From the NCBI GenBank assembly GCA_049451055.1, contig JBMTVF010000001.1:33508-97507 (forward strand): 64,000 nt of DNA, read 5' to 3'. The notes under the pieces are model-generated. The model saw nothing but the letters and a program-made list of their open reading frames with translations, made no database searches and was not told the origin of the DNA. The stretch is from Candidatus Nanopelagicaceae bacterium (GTDB lineage: Bacteria; Actinomycetota; Actinomycetes; Nanopelagicales; Nanopelagicaceae). Position numbers and translations under genes: made by a program. Positions 34,862-46,418 of this stretch are shown in pieces (within the stretch, counting starts at the first letter, position 1; the number at the start of each line of letters is the position of its first letter).

Positions 34862-34870
34862 AATCTTCTT

Positions 34871-36766
34871 GTGTCTGACCTTACCGGCGAAGTAATTGAT
34901 GGCCGATATAAGCTAAATCGGATAGTTGCATCTGGAGGAATGGCAACCATATATGCCGCAACTGACCTGCGTTTGGATCGGTCAATCGCGGTAAAGATAA
35001 TGCATCCTCATCTAGCTCAAGATGAGAAATTCGTCGAGAGATTCATTAGGGAGGCCAAAGCGGCCGCCGCGCTCTCTCACCCAAATATAGTTTCAGTTTT
35101 AGACCAAGGCTGGAATCAAGGTGGAACTCCATGCGTATTTATAGTTATGGAGTTGGTTGAAGGTGCAACTCTCAGGGATTACATGTTCGAGCAAGGTCCA
35201 GCAACAATTTCTAACGCGCTACAAATGATTATTCCGGTTGCAAGTGCGCTATCAGCGGCGCATAGATTGGGAATTGTGCATCGTGATATCAAACCTGAGA
35301 ATATTTTGGTTTCGAATGAAGGAAGAATAAAGATTGCAGATTTCGGATTGGCCAGAGGGGCGTTACTCGGGACAACAATGACCGCCGAGTCAAGTGTTAT
35401 TTTGGGAAGCGTTTCCTATCTTTCCCCAGAGCAAGTGCAACGCGGTGTTGCTGATGCTCGAAGCGATATCTACTCACTTGGAATTGTTCTATTCGAATTA
35501 CTAACTGGTCAGAAGCCCTATCAAGGCGATGATCCAGTACAGATAGCTATCAGACATGTTAATGAGAGAGTTCCCGCCCCATCTTCAGTTAATCCCGGAA
35601 TACCGATTGAGGTTGATGATCTGGTGCTAAGAGCTACCGACATAGATCCGGATAAGCGACCAGCAGACGGAGCCGCACTGCTTGAGGAATTGCGCAAGCT
35701 TTCTGAAAAGATTGATCCACGCAAACGTCAACTTAGCTTGGAATTAGACCTTCCACCCGCACCTCTACGGGAACCCGTCAAAGAAAGAGAACGAAAAAGA
35801 AAATCAAGCGAAGCAAAATCAACTCCAAAAGAGAGTGAGAACGAAGTGAATCGAGAGAATACGGGCAAGACTAAGCGAGTCTCGAATCGAGTCCGAAGAA
35901 ATCGTCGTATCGCTGTCACTCTATTGATCTCACTTATCGGTATTGGTTGGTATGCATTTGCCGGACCTGGTTCAAAAATTGTTGTGCCATCTCTTGCCGG
36001 CTCAACTGTTAAAGAAGCTAGAGAAGTACTTTCAAATCTAGGCCTAACTTTAAAACTCGGAACCGAAGAATTTAATGAAGATATTCCGGAGGGGAGAATA
36101 ATCAAGTCCGATCCCGCCGGTGGTGGTCGCGTTGACGAAGGTGGAGAAGTAACAGTTTTCACATCTAAAGGCAAGGAACGAATATTAATTCCGAATCTAA
36201 TTGGATTGACACCGGAATCCGCGCAAAAGTTGCTTGAAGAAAACAATTTAGTAGTAAGTGAGATAACTGAAGAGTTTTCTAGCGAGATTGCAAATGGCCT
36301 TGTGATGAGATCCTCACCTGCTGAGGGCGAAAGAGTCAAACCAGAATCCAATGTGATTATCATCATTTCTAAAGGTGTAGAAAAGTTAGAAATCGTTGAT
36401 TACAAAGGCAAGAGCGGTGAACAAGCCTTAAATGAATTATCTGAAAATGGTTTTGAAGTAGATACAAAGTATGTCTTCAGCGAAGATCTTCCTGCGGGTG
36501 CCGTGGTCTCACAAAGTCCAAACGCTGGCGCGGCTGATAAGGGAAGCCAAATAACTTTGTTGGTTTCAAAAGGAACAGAATTTGTATTTATCCCAAATGT
36601 TTTTGGATTGAGCGAGATTAAAGCCGTTACCGCTCTTGAAGATCAAAACTTAAGAGTTAATGTCAAGAAAGTTGGCACAAAGAAGGAGAAATTTGTTACA
36701 AATATCTCGCCGAAGGTAGGCACAAAAGTTAAACGAGGTTCAAAAGTAACTATCACTGTAGGGTGA
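34871..36766 (+). CDS. Transmembrane Ser/Thr protein kinase with four extracellular PASTA repeats
   Basis: Hanks kinase motifs (VAVKIM, HRDIKPENIL, DFGLAR, SPEQ), one TM helix (IAVTLLISLIGIGWYAFAG), then four repeats of about 65 aa, three ending in (S/T)KG and the last in TVG. Confidence 0.92.
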   Translation: MSDLTGEVIDGRYKLNRIVASGGMATIYAATDLRLDRSIAVKIMHPHLAQDEKFVERFIREAKAAAALSHPNIVSVLDQGWNQGGTPCVFIVMELVEGATLRDYMFEQGPATISNALQMIIPVASALSAAHRLGIVHRDIKPENILVSNEGRIKIADFGLARGALLGTTMTAESSVILGSVSYLSPEQVQRGVADARSDIYSLGIVLFELLTGQKPYQGDDPVQIAIRHVNERVPAPSSVNPGIPIEVDDLVLRATDIDPDKRPADGAALLEELRKLSEKIDPRKRQLSLELDLPPAPLREPVKERERKRKSSEAKSTPKESENEVNRENTGKTKRVSNRVRRNRRIAVTLLISLIGIGWYAFAGPGSKIVVPSLAGSTVKEAREVLSNLGLTLKLGTEEFNEDIPEGRIIKSDPAGGGRVDEGGEVTVFTSKGKERILIPNLIGLTPESAQKLLEENNLVVSEITEEFSSEIANGLVMRSSPAEGERVKPESNVIIIISKGVEKLEIVDYKGKSGEQALNELSENGFEVDTKYVFSEDLPAGAVVSQSPNAGAADKGSQITLLVSKGTEFVFIPNVFGLSEIKAVTALEDQNLRVNVKKVGTKKEKFVTNISPKVGTKVKRGSKVTITVG

Positions 36767-36770
36767 GCTC

Positions 36771-37622
36771 GTGAGACCGCCTCGAATTGGTGCGCATGTC
36801 CCAACCTCTGGAGGCATGGCAAAACGTTCAATAGAATATGCGAAAACTATTCAAGCAGAAGCAATTCAAGTTTTTACATCAAACCCAAGAGGTTGGGCAA
36901 TGCCCAATCCCAATCTTGAAGCGGATCAAGAATTTAGAGAGCTAGCGGAAGAATTGGATATAGAGACCTATGTACATGCTCCTTTCTTAATCAATTTAGG
37001 ATCACCTACTACAAGTACGTATGAAAATTCACTTTCCTCAACGGAATATTCGCTAAGGCGAGGACGCGAAATCGGCGCAAAGGGTGTAGTCGTCCATACA
37101 GGTTCAGCTGTAGACGAGAATCATGTTAAGAAAGCTTGGCAACAGATAAAAAAAGGCGTAATGCCGATTCTAAATAGATTAAAGGATGATGATCCTTGGT
37201 TACTTCTTGAGCCTACGGCGGGACAAGGACAATCTTTAGTAAGAAAACTGGATGACTTAAAGCACTATTTTGATGCATTGGATTGGCACCCCAAAGTAGG
37301 AGTTTGTCTCGATACCTGCCATGTCTTTGCTGCCGGCCACGATATTAAGACGCCAGGAGGAATGGCGAAAACAATTGACTTGCTTGTAGAAGTCGTTGGT
37401 GAAGAGAGAATTCAATTAATTCACGCTAATGACTCTATGGATGTCCTCGGATCGCTAAAAGACCGTCATCAAAATTTAGGCGAAGGCGAGATAGGCAAAC
37501 TACCTTTTCAGGAATTACTCGCTCATCCTGCGATTGTGAATGCTCCTTTAATATTAGAAACACCAGGCGAAGAACCAGAACATGGTCGGGAAGTATCAAT
37601 GCTTAAGAAGATGAGGAAATAG
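36771..37622 (+). CDS. nfo: Endonuclease IV (AP endonuclease)
   Basis: IGAHV N-terminus and the metal-binding H/D/E pattern of the Nfo TIM barrel (HAPFLINL, VVHTGS, LLEPTAG, CLDTCH, HANDS). Confidence 0.9.
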   Translation: MRPPRIGAHVPTSGGMAKRSIEYAKTIQAEAIQVFTSNPRGWAMPNPNLEADQEFRELAEELDIETYVHAPFLINLGSPTTSTYENSLSSTEYSLRRGREIGAKGVVVHTGSAVDENHVKKAWQQIKKGVMPILNRLKDDDPWLLLEPTAGQGQSLVRKLDDLKHYFDALDWHPKVGVCLDTCHVFAAGHDIKTPGGMAKTIDLLVEVVGEERIQLIHANDSMDVLGSLKDRHQNLGEGEIGKLPFQELLAHPAIVNAPLILETPGEEPEHGREVSMLKKMRK

Positions 37623-38492
37623 ATGCTGCTTCTTGCCCCTTGGGCACTTCTGGCTGTCGCCGCGGTCTGGGGAATTTCGTTTGTTTGGATGAAAGACATC
37701 TTAGACCAACAGGACGTCTTCAGTTTTCTTTTCAGCAGATTTATTTTTGCCTCTCTGATAATGATTCTTGTCCGTCCGGCTATCTTCACAAAGTTGAGTT
37801 GGAAGTTAGTATCTCGAGGCTCACTTGCTGGATTTGCTCTTGGCGCTGGATACATCTTTCAGACTCTAGGCCTCGAGAGAACCACCCCAGCAATAACAGG
37901 ATTCGTTACTGGTCTATACGTTGTTTTTACACCGCTCATAGGGCTTATTGTTTTTCGAGATCACATAACTCCTCTAGCTTGGTTCTACATTGTATTAGCG
38001 ACAATCGGACTTGGCGTACTTTCTATTTCTGGCTTGTCAATTGGAGTCGGTGAATTATTCGTTCTTGCCTCAGCAATCCTCTTTGCAATTCACATTATTT
38101 TGCTAAGTAGGTGGAGCAAAAATTTTGACACTTACCTTCTGACTTTTGTTCAGCTTTTAACTTGTGCGATTGTTGCGGGAATTCCGGCCTCGATATCCGG
38201 CTTCACTCCACCGCCAGATATCCAAACGTGGAGCGTCGTTGCCTTCACCGCAGTATTTGCTACTTTTCTCGCATTCATTATCCAAACCTGGTCGCAAGCA
38301 AGAATTTCAGCGGTTAAAGTTGCTGTAATCCTTACGACCGAAGTCGTGTTCGCGGCCTTTTTCTCAGTCTTGCTGGGATTTGAACCATTAACCCTTCGAA
38401 TCCTCATTGGAGGTTCCTTGATTCTTATTGCGATGATAATGATTGTCCAACCTAGAGTTTCGCCGCCTAAAGATGGCATACTGCAAACATGA
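37623..38492 (+). CDS. EamA/DMT-superfamily transporter
   Basis: 289 aa with ten predicted TM helices arranged as two EamA halves. Confidence 0.8.
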   Translation: MLLLAPWALLAVAAVWGISFVWMKDILDQQDVFSFLFSRFIFASLIMILVRPAIFTKLSWKLVSRGSLAGFALGAGYIFQTLGLERTTPAITGFVTGLYVVFTPLIGLIVFRDHITPLAWFYIVLATIGLGVLSISGLSIGVGELFVLASAILFAIHIILLSRWSKNFDTYLLTFVQLLTCAIVAGIPASISGFTPPPDIQTWSVVAFTAVFATFLAFIIQTWSQARISAVKVAVILTTEVVFAAFFSVLLGFEPLTLRILIGGSLILIAMIMIVQPRVSPPKDGILQT

Positions 38493-39538
38493 TTGTTGAC
38501 CTACGCTCAGATACCGTAACCCAGCCAACACCGGCTATGCGAGAGGCAATCTCAACGGCGAAAGTTGGTGATGATGTTTACGGAGATGACCCCACTGTAA
38601 ATTTACTCGAAGAAAAAGTGGCTAATTTATTTGGCAAAGAAGCTGCCGTATTTACACCTTCAGGCTCACTCGCGAATCAACTTTGCATAAGAACCTTAGT
38701 TAAGCCTGGAGAAGAATTAATTTGCGAAGTAAATTCACATATTGTTCGAGCTGAATTGGGGGCTGCGGCGGCTTTTAGCGGCATCACAACTAGAACTTGG
38801 AGTGATCTCTACGGCAAACTCTCTGCGCATCGTGTAATTGAAATCGCCCGTCCAAACTCCGGCCCCTATCTTGTTTCCACCACGGCAATTTCGATAGAGA
38901 ATACGCATAATTTCGGGGGCGGAACAGTTCAAGATATTGAGGAGATTGAATCATTAAAAAAATGGGCGGAACCAAACGGTATAAAACTTCATTTAGATGG
39001 CGCCCGAATTTGGAATTCTCATGTAGCTAGTGGCGTTCCATTATTTGAATATGGAAGAAATTTCGAAACTCTGAGCGTATGTCTCTCCAAGGGATTAGGT
39101 GCGCCTATTGGTTCACTGATGATTTCCTCAAAAGAGAGAGTTGCTGAGGCAAGGGTGTGGCGGAAGCGTTATGGAGGCGGTATGCGTCAAGTTGGAATTA
39201 TCGCCGCCGCCGGCCTTTATGCGATAGAAAATAATATTTCTCGGCTAGCAGAGGATCACCGGAGAGCTAAGCGGTTAGCTGAAGTTTGCCATGAAGCAGT
39301 TCCTAATGTGATTGATCCGAAACTAGTTTCGACAAATATTGTGGGCCTCGAACTTCTTGGCGCAAATATCTCAGCAGGAGAATTCGTTGCTCAAGCTAGG
39401 GCGGAGGGTGTTTGGATGGGAGCGCTAGGGCCCACTTACGCAAGAATGGTTACTCATCTTGATATTGACGATTCTGGAATAGATTTTGCAGCACAAGTAC
39501 TACAGAAATTATTGAAGCGTGCCTTCGTGGCGAAGTAG
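38489..39538 (+). CDS. ltaE: Low-specificity L-threonine aldolase
   Basis: [12 protein letters not shown]-terminus, a PLP-lysine region ([10 protein letters not shown]) and a length of 349 aa. Confidence 0.85.
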   Translation: MIVDLRSDTVTQPTPAMREAISTAKVGDDVYGDDPTVNLLEEKVANLFGKEAAVFTPSGSLANQLCIRTLVKPGEELICEVNSHIVRAELGAAAAFSGITTRTWSDLYGKLSAHRVIEIARPNSGPYLVSTTAISIENTHNFGGGTVQDIEEIESLKKWAEPNGIKLHLDGARIWNSHVASGVPLFEYGRNFETLSVCLSKGLGAPIGSLMISSKERVAEARVWRKRYGGGMRQVGIIAAAGLYAIENNISRLAEDHRRAKRLAEVCHEAVPNVIDPKLVSTNIVGLELLGANISAGEFVAQARAEGVWMGALGPTYARMVTHLDIDDSGIDFAAQVLQKLLKRAFVAK

Positions 39539-40003
39539 CCACTCTTTGATTTTTAGACCATAAGCGTAATTACCAAGACCACCGCCGGTCTTTACGATTC
39601 GATGACATGGAACTACAAGTGCAATCTGATTTCTCGCACAGGCACTTCCCGCAGCTCTCACCGCATCTGGGGAACCTGCTCTTTTTGCTAATTCCGCATA
39701 AGAAATCGATTTACCCGGCAAAACTTTGCGCATGGCACGCCAAGCAGCCTGCGAAAACCGCTCCCCTGGTTGCCTTACTGAAATTCCGTCTAGCGCGTTC
39801 AAATCACCATCAAAATAATCATCTAAGAGATCTGAAACTACGGGAATCTTTTTCTGGGTATTAAAAGTATTTGCTCGATCCTTTTCATCAAGATTTGAAA
39901 TTAAATTGGCGAAGCTGGAGAAGCCAGCAGCAAGGAGCTTCTGGTCATGAGAGATCAAGTACAAACTTCCTATAGGAGTCTTGTAAATTGATTGGGTAAG
40001 CAC
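39509..40003 (-). CDS. ogt: Methylated-DNA--protein-cysteine methyltransferase
   Basis: Active-site VVPCHRIV motif and an upstream SYAELA helix-turn-helix region. Confidence 0.9.
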   Translation of the reverse strand: MLTQSIYKTPIGSLYLISHDQKLLAAGFSSFANLISNLDEKDRANTFNTQKKIPVVSDLLDDYFDGDLNALDGISVRQPGERFSQAAWRAMRKVLPGKSISYAELAKRAGSPDAVRAAGSACARNQIALVVPCHRIVKTGGGLGNYAYGLKIKEWLLRHEGTLQ

Positions 40004-40027
40004 TCTCCTACCCTACGCCTAAAACCT

Positions 40028-41371
40028 TTACCGCTTTCCGTCTCTTAATTTTTCGGCGACGAGGAAGGCTAGCTCAAGAGATTGGGTGTGGTTCAATCTT
40101 GGATCACAGGCTGACTCGTAACGGGTGGCTAAATCTTCATGAGAAATTTCCATTCCACCGCCAACGCACTCAGTTACATCATCACCCGTCAACTCAACGT
40201 GTATACCTCCGGGGTGGGTATCAAGTTTGTGATGCACCTCGAAGAACCCCATAACTTCATTCATTACATCATCAAAACTTCTAGTCTTAAAGCCAGTCGG
40301 TGCTTCATAAGTATTCCCATGCATTGGATCGCAAACCCATAGTACTTTTCTGCCACTTTTTTTCACTGCTTCTACAATCGGCGGCAAAGCAGTGCGAATG
40401 TTTTTTGCTCCCATTCGAGTTATGAAAGTTAAACGTCCAGGCTCCTCTTGCGGATTCAAAGTTTCAATCAAAGCCAAAACATCTTCAGGTGAAGTTTTTG
40501 GGCCAATTTTGACGCCTATCGGATTCCGAATTTTCTTAGCAAAATCGATATGGGCTCCGTTGAGTTGTCGGGTACGTTCTCCGATCCACAGGAAATGGGC
40601 TGAGACGTCATAAGGTTGATCAGATCTTGAATCAATTCTCGTTAGTGCTTTTTCGTACTCAAGAATTAAAGCTTCATGCGACGAGTAAAAGTCGACCGTC
40701 TTAAACTCTTCAGGATTAACGCCTGCCGATTTCATGAATTCGAGTGCACGGCCAATCTCTTTTGCAAGCGCTTCATATCGAGATCCAATCTCTGAATCGC
40801 GAATGAAGCCTTTGTTCCATTCGTGAACAAGTCGTAAATCTGCGAAACCGCCTTGAGTAAAAGCCCTGACTAAATTAAGTGTTGCGGAGGATGTGTGATA
40901 AACCTTCAATAATCGAGATGGATCGGGAGTTCGAGCCTCTTTCGTAAATTGCAGATCGTTTACAGCATCACCTCTATAAGCTGGCAGTTCAATGTCTCCA
41001 CGCTTCTCAGTGTCATTACTACGAGGTTTTGCAAATTGACCTGCCATTCGACCAACTTTGATTACCGGCATGCTGGCTCCGTACTGAAGGACGGCAGCCA
41101 TTTGAAGAATTGTCTTTATTCTATTTCTTATAGAATCGGCAGTTGCAGCAGCAAAAGTTTCAGCGCAATCGCCACCTTGTAACCAGAAAGCCTCTCCTGA
41201 AGCTGCTTGCGCAATTTTGATTTTAAGATTGTCGCATTCTCCAGCAAAAACCAGTGGAGGCAATGTTCGAAGTTCAGTTGCAACTTGAGCCAATTTGTCA
41301 CGATCTGGCCAAGCCGGTTGCTGCGCTATTGCTAGCGAGCTGTCAAAGAGCCTCTCAACGGTATTACTCAT
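40028..41371 (-). CDS. aroG: Class II 3-deoxy-7-phosphoheptulonate (DAHP) synthase
   Basis: 447 aa, the plant/actinobacterial type II length, with motifs GDCAE, KPRS, WIGERTR and CDPMHGN. Confidence 0.92.
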   Translation of the reverse strand: MSNTVERLFDSSLAIAQQPAWPDRDKLAQVATELRTLPPLVFAGECDNLKIKIAQAASGEAFWLQGGDCAETFAAATADSIRNRIKTILQMAAVLQYGASMPVIKVGRMAGQFAKPRSNDTEKRGDIELPAYRGDAVNDLQFTKEARTPDPSRLLKVYHTSSATLNLVRAFTQGGFADLRLVHEWNKGFIRDSEIGSRYEALAKEIGRALEFMKSAGVNPEEFKTVDFYSSHEALILEYEKALTRIDSRSDQPYDVSAHFLWIGERTRQLNGAHIDFAKKIRNPIGVKIGPKTSPEDVLALIETLNPQEEPGRLTFITRMGAKNIRTALPPIVEAVKKSGRKVLWVCDPMHGNTYEAPTGFKTRSFDDVMNEVMGFFEVHHKLDTHPGGIHVELTGDDVTECVGGGMEISHEDLATRYESACDPRLNHTQSLELAFLVAEKLRDGKR

Positions 41372-41412
41372 GGCTTAAGGGTAGATAGGTTGAAGGGATT
41401 CTTGCTATGGAA

Positions 41413-42438
41413 TTAACCAAAGAAGACTTCGGCTTCTGCGAGAAGGCTTGGATCTACCGTTTTTAGCTTCTCAGTTGCCGAAGCTAGAGGTACTCGCTCA
41501 ATCTTGGTGCCATGTAGTGCGACCATCTTTCCCCAATCTCCTGCATGAGCTGCAGTTATCGCGTGAATTCCAAATCGTGTTGCCAGTACGCGATCAAAAG
41601 CGGTTGGAGTTCCACCTCTTTGAATATGCCCCAAAATTGAAGTTCTAGCTTCAGTGCCGGTTCTGGATTCAATTTCTTTAGCTAGCCACTCTCCAATTCC
41701 GGAGAGTTTTACATGTCCGAAAGCATCCAGCGATCCATCTTTGGTTACTATCGTTCCATCTTTCGGTAATGCACCTTCCGCCACAACAATTATCGGTGCA
41801 TAAGATTGTTCAAATCTGGACTCTACATACTGGCAAACTTTTTCAATATCAAAGGGAACTTCTGGAATCAAAATACAAGAAGCGCCCCCTGCCATTCCAG
41901 AATGCAACGCAATCCAACCTGCGTGCCTTCCCATGACTTCAACAATTAGAGCGCGATGATGTGATTCGGCTGTCGTGTGTAATCTGTCGATGGCTTCAAC
42001 TGCAATATTTACGGCGGTATCAAATCCAAATGTGTAATCGGTATTATTCAAATCATTGTCAATTGTCTTTGGAACGCCAATTACTTTCACACCGAGCGCG
42101 TCGAGTTTTGTTGCAACACCTAATGTGTCCTCTCCGCCAATTGCAATAAGCGCATCAACGTTCATTTTTGATAAATTCTCTTTTATTCTTTCAACGCCAT
42201 TTTCGATTTTGAAAGGATTGGTCCGCGATGAGCCAAGAATTGTTCCGCCACGTGGGAGTATTCCTCGGGTTGCCTTGATATTAAGTGGCATGGTCAGTCC
42301 CTCTAACGGACCTTTCCAGCCATCTCTGAAACCTATGAATTCATATCCGTACTCTTTTTCACCTTTTCGGACTACGGCTCTTATCACCGCATTAAGACCT
42401 GGGCAATCGCCACCGCCAGTAAGGACACCAAACCGCAT
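41413..42438 (-). CDS. pfkA: 6-phosphofructokinase (phosphoryl donor uncertain, PPi-type signature residues)
   Basis: GVLTGGGDCPGLNAVIR, IGGEDTLG and PKTIDNDL. Asp and Lys occupy the positions aligned to E. coli PfkA G104 and G124. Confidence 0.9.
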   Translation of the reverse strand: MRFGVLTGGGDCPGLNAVIRAVVRKGEKEYGYEFIGFRDGWKGPLEGLTMPLNIKATRGILPRGGTILGSSRTNPFKIENGVERIKENLSKMNVDALIAIGGEDTLGVATKLDALGVKVIGVPKTIDNDLNNTDYTFGFDTAVNIAVEAIDRLHTTAESHHRALIVEVMGRHAGWIALHSGMAGGASCILIPEVPFDIEKVCQYVESRFEQSYAPIIVVAEGALPKDGTIVTKDGSLDAFGHVKLSGIGEWLAKEIESRTGTEARTSILGHIQRGGTPTAFDRVLATRFGIHAITAAHAGDWGKMVALHGTKIERVPLASATEKLKTVDPSLLAEAEVFFG

Positions 42439-42512
42439 TAGACATCTCCGACTCTTGAGCTTGTGATCATCATCGATCCAGCACGCGATTCTAGCAAGGT
42501 CGGACTACCCTT

Positions 42513-44009
42513 TTGGTGATGGCCAAGACTCTCATTTATGTAGCACACGACAATTTGAATCGAAATAAAGGAGCGTTAGTAGGCGCGCGACCTGAAACCC
42601 ACGCAGTTGTTTTTGTCGAAAGTCAAAGAATGCTAAATGGCGCTCGATGGAACCGCCAGCGTCTCTTCTTTTTATTGTCAGCTGCGCGCCATTTTGCTGA
42701 AGAACTAAAAGCTGAAGGCTTTGAAGTAAAGTATTTAAAATCAAATGACACCACCTCTGGAATTCAATCAATCTCGAAAGATTATGATGAAGTTATTTCG
42801 GTAGAACCTTCTTCGTATCGATTGACAAAATCTCTTGCTGACATAGGAGTGCGATTCTTACCAAATGATTTCTTTTTGACCCCTCGAGCACTCTTTGCTG
42901 AATGGTCAAAAAATCAGAAGAGTTTAAAGATGGAGAATTTCTATCGTTGGCAGAGGCAGCGACTTGGAATTCTAGTATCGGATTGCGAACCATCAGGGGG
43001 AAGATGGAATTATGATGATGAGAATCGAGAACCCCCACCAAAAACAGATTACCGATGGCCAAGTTATACGAATCACGAGAGAGATCTAATTGACAATGAG
43101 GTAATCGCCGAGCTGAAAAATCTAAATCTCACTGGATCTATTGCAGAGACAGTTTGGGGTACCACGCGTAAAGCCGCTCTTGCCCAGCTGGATAAGTTTC
43201 TTAGAGAATCTTTTGCAGAGTTTGGACCTTACGAAGATGCCATGACAGTTAAATCATGGGCGTTACATCACTCGCTCCTTAGCCCCTATTTGAATGTTGG
43301 TCTATTAACGCCAGACGAAATCTTAAAATTCGTATTAAAGAAATTCGAAGAGGGAAACATTCCTCTATCCTCTTGTGAAGGCTTTATTAGACAGATAATT
43401 GGTTGGCGCGAATATATAAACGGCCTCTATTGGTATTTCGGAGAAGATTACCGCGATAGCAACTTTTTAAATTCACACAATCCACTGCTACCTCTTTTTG
43501 AGAATTCTGAATCCACAAAGATGAAATGTGTTTCTGAGACTATTTTTGGTGTGGAACGACGCGGATGGGTGCATCACATTCCACGCCTAATGATTTTGAG
43601 TAATCTCGCGGCGCTTTGTGATGTAGCTCCTGCCGAATTATTGATTTGGATGAGAAATAATTTTATAGATGCCACGGATTGGGTAATGGTTCCTAACGTG
43701 ATTGGGATGAGTATGCATGCCGATGGAGGCAGAATGTCGACGAAGCCGTACATAGCTGGAGGCTCTTACATTTCAAGAATGTCAGATTACTGCGGCGATT
43801 GCGTTTACAACCCTAAGACGAGGATTGAAGAAGATTCGTGCCCATTCACAACTCTCTATTGGCATTACTTGTATAGAAATCGTGATTTATTTAAGAAAAA
43901 CCATCGCATGTTTCAACAGTTAAATGGGATGAAAAAACTAAAGGATCTTGAGGAGACTATAAGTCGGGGTGACCAGGTAATCAAAGGTCTTCTTGCCGGA
44001 GAAATCTAG
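42513..44009 (+). CDS. Cryptochrome/photolyase-family protein of the Fe-S (FeS-BCP/CryPro, prokaryotic 6-4 photolyase) type
   Basis: 498 aa with the WREY region preceded by SSCEGF. The C-terminal YCGDC-x12-CPF gives Cys...C-x2-C-x12-C, the 4Fe-4S ligand pattern of PhrB/CryB-type enzymes. Confidence 0.8.
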   Translation: MVMAKTLIYVAHDNLNRNKGALVGARPETHAVVFVESQRMLNGARWNRQRLFFLLSAARHFAEELKAEGFEVKYLKSNDTTSGIQSISKDYDEVISVEPSSYRLTKSLADIGVRFLPNDFFLTPRALFAEWSKNQKSLKMENFYRWQRQRLGILVSDCEPSGGRWNYDDENREPPPKTDYRWPSYTNHERDLIDNEVIAELKNLNLTGSIAETVWGTTRKAALAQLDKFLRESFAEFGPYEDAMTVKSWALHHSLLSPYLNVGLLTPDEILKFVLKKFEEGNIPLSSCEGFIRQIIGWREYINGLYWYFGEDYRDSNFLNSHNPLLPLFENSESTKMKCVSETIFGVERRGWVHHIPRLMILSNLAALCDVAPAELLIWMRNNFIDATDWVMVPNVIGMSMHADGGRMSTKPYIAGGSYISRMSDYCGDCVYNPKTRIEEDSCPFTTLYWHYLYRNRDLFKKNHRMFQQLNGMKKLKDLEETISRGDQVIKGLLAGEI

Positions 44010-45229
44010 GCGGTTACCACTTCACCTTTACCCACGACAATAATTCCACCTTCGGAAACTGTAAATCGTGCTCGATCCCTCTCCAAATCAAAACCGATTT
44101 CGGCACCAGGCTCTACCACAACGTTTTTATCTAAGATCGCATTTCGGATCTTTGCTTTATCTCCAACTCGCACGGAAGGCATTAGAACTGAACCTTCTAT
44201 AACTGAGTCTTTCCCAACAAGAACGTCATAAGAAGCAACCGTGGAGCTCAGAGCTCCGCCAGCAATAATTGATCCAGCACCTACTATTGAGTCAAATGCT
44301 CGACCATTCTCCGAGAATTTTGCTGGGGGTAATGAGGGTGGGTTTGTGAGTATTGGCCAATTTCGATTATAAAGATTAAAAATTGGATGAACTGAGACCA
44401 AATCCATATGAGCCTCATAATAGGAATCGATTGTTCCTACATCGCGCCAATATCCCTTATCTCTTGCAGTTTCGCCAGGAACAATGTTGTTGGCAAAATC
44501 GTAAGCTTTTGCCGCTCCCTCTCGCGTCATCATGGGAATGATGTTCGAACCGAGATCATGCCTACTCTCAATGTCTTTAGAGTCTTCTAACAATGAACTC
44601 TCAAGCGCGTCTCTTCGAAAAATATAGTTGCCCATCGAGACTAGCGACCAATCTGGATTTCCCGGCATGCCAGGTGGATTAGCCGGTTTTTCATGGAACG
44701 CCTTTATAGTAAGTCCATCATCAGATAATTCAATTACACCAAAATCACTCGCGGATTTCCGAGGGACTCTTATTGCCGCTACCGTGACTCCAGCTCCAGT
44801 TTGGAGATGCTGTTGATACATTTGATCGGGATTCATTCTATAAACGTGATCTGCGCCAAAAACTAGAATGTGTTTTGGATTTTCATCCTGAATTAGATTG
44901 AAATTCTGGAGAATCGCATCAGCACTTCCCGTGTACCACCTCGGACCTAATCTCTGTTGTGCCGGTACTGGTGTGATGTAATTTCCCAGAAGAGTCGACA
45001 TCCTCCAAGTAGTGGTGATGTGCCTATCTAAAGAGTGTGACTTGTACTGAGTTAGAACAGCAATTCGCAAAAAACCTGCATTAACAAGATTTGAAAGAAC
45101 GAAATCAACCAATCTGTAGGCCCCGCCAAATGGAACTGCGGGTTTCGCGCGATCAGCTGTCAACGGCATTAAGCGTTTTCCTTCGCCGCCTGCAAGGACG
45201 ATGCCGAGAGGAAGATCAAGTCGTGCCAT
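44006..45229 (-). CDS. glgC: Glucose-1-phosphate adenylyltransferase
   Basis: [15 protein letters not shown]-terminus, FGADHVYRM, and a C-terminal left-handed beta-helix region. Confidence 0.93.
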   Translation of the reverse strand: MARLDLPLGIVLAGGEGKRLMPLTADRAKPAVPFGGAYRLVDFVLSNLVNAGFLRIAVLTQYKSHSLDRHITTTWRMSTLLGNYITPVPAQQRLGPRWYTGSADAILQNFNLIQDENPKHILVFGADHVYRMNPDQMYQQHLQTGAGVTVAAIRVPRKSASDFGVIELSDDGLTIKAFHEKPANPPGMPGNPDWSLVSMGNYIFRRDALESSLLEDSKDIESRHDLGSNIIPMMTREGAAKAYDFANNIVPGETARDKGYWRDVGTIDSYYEAHMDLVSVHPIFNLYNRNWPILTNPPSLPPAKFSENGRAFDSIVGAGSIIAGGALSSTVASYDVLVGKDSVIEGSVLMPSVRVGDKAKIRNAILDKNVVVEPGAEIGFDLERDRARFTVSEGGIIVVGKGEVVTA

Positions 45230-45251
45230 GGCTGAACGATACTCTTGGCAA

Positions 45252-46418
45252 ATGCCGCTGGATAGTCAATTGAAATCTATTGCGATGGTAACTAGGGAAT
45301 GGCCTCCTGAAGTTTATGGAGGGGCCGGAGTTCACGTCATAAACTTGGTTGATTCACTCAAGAAGTTTTCAGATGTCCGAGTTGATGTCAACTGTTTTGG
45401 ATCTGCGCGCGGCGACGCCAACGCATATGAATTAGATCCACCTTTCAATAATCTGAACGTAGCATTAAAAACTTTGTTGTTGGATATGGATATCGCAAGA
45501 AATTTAGGAAATTTTGATTTAGTACACACCCACACTTGGTATGCCAATTTTGCTGGCTACTTAGCCTCCAAACTTTTTGATGTTCCTCATGTAGTTACCT
45601 CGCATTCGTTAGAGCCATTACGACCTTGGAAAGCAGACCAACTCGCAGGAGGGTATGAAATCTCAAGTTGGATTGAAAAGTCCTCTTACGAAAGTGCACA
45701 GAAAATTATTTCGGTAAGCGATGCAGTCCGTGCGGATATATTGAAGGTGTACCCAAAGATATCCCAGGATCGCATTGTTACTATCCGAAACGGCATAGAT
45801 ACAAATGTCTTTAGACCAATTGAAAATAATGAAGTTATCGAGCGATTTGGTATTAAAAATAAATTCGCTATATTCGTGGGTCGCATTACTCGCCAAAAAG
45901 GCTTAATTCATCTTCTCCGAAGTTGGAGAGAAATACCTAAGGACTTTGCATTAGTAATAGCCGCTACTAGCGCTGACGAACCCCAAATATTTAACGAAGT
46001 TAAGATATTGATTCAAGAACTTCAAAATGAGAGGAATAATGTAGTTTGGATAAAGGATATGTTGTCTCAAGACGACTTAATCTCTTTGTTGACCCATGCT
46101 GAACTGTTTGTATGTCCCTCTGTGTATGAACCGCTCGGAATCGTTAATCTCGAGGCGATGGCATGCGAGACTGCAGTAGTTGCGAGTGCGGTCGGCGGCA
46201 TACCTGAAGTTGTTAAAGATGGTGAAACTGGAATCTTGATAAGTCATTCCAAGATTGATGAAGATTTTGAAGAGTCTCTACGCGAGGGGATCTTGAAAGT
46301 TATGAGTGATTCAAATCTCGCGAAAAGTTTAGGTAAGAATGGCCGAATTCGCGCCATATCCGAATTTGGCTGGGATAAGGTAGCGGCGCAAACACTTAAT
46401 TTATATCGGAGTCTTTAA
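45252..46418 (+). CDS. glgA: Glycogen synthase (GT4-type, actinobacterial GlgA)
   Basis: [19 protein letters not shown]-terminal block and a C-terminal E-x7-E region ([14 protein letters not shown]). The start is uncertain (45252, 45270 or 45282). It is divergent from glgC with a spacer of at most about 50 nt. Confidence 0.85.
   Translation: MPLDSQLKSIAMVTREWPPEVYGGAGVHVINLVDSLKKFSDVRVDVNCFGSARGDANAYELDPPFNNLNVALKTLLLDMDIARNLGNFDLVHTHTWYANFAGYLASKLFDVPHVVTSHSLEPLRPWKADQLAGGYEISSWIEKSSYESAQKIISVSDAVRADILKVYPKISQDRIVTIRNGIDTNVFRPIENNEVIERFGIKNKFAIFVGRITRQKGLIHLLRSWREIPKDFALVIAATSADEPQIFNEVKILIQELQNERNNVVWIKDMLSQDDLISLLTHAELFVCPSVYEPLGIVNLEAMACETAVVASAVGGIPEVVKDGETGILISHSKIDEDFEESLREGILKVMSDSNLAKSLGKNGRIRAISEFGWDKVAAQTLNLYRSL

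Noticed and set aside
35728-36366. 212-aa ORF antisense to the PASTA kinase, and similar long antisense ORFs at 2971..3489, 42056..42466, 32820..33308 and 25080..25463
   Set aside because: They are Ser/Pro/Arg-rich, low-complexity translations fully embedded in well-supported genes on the other strand or frame. None has a recognisable motif.
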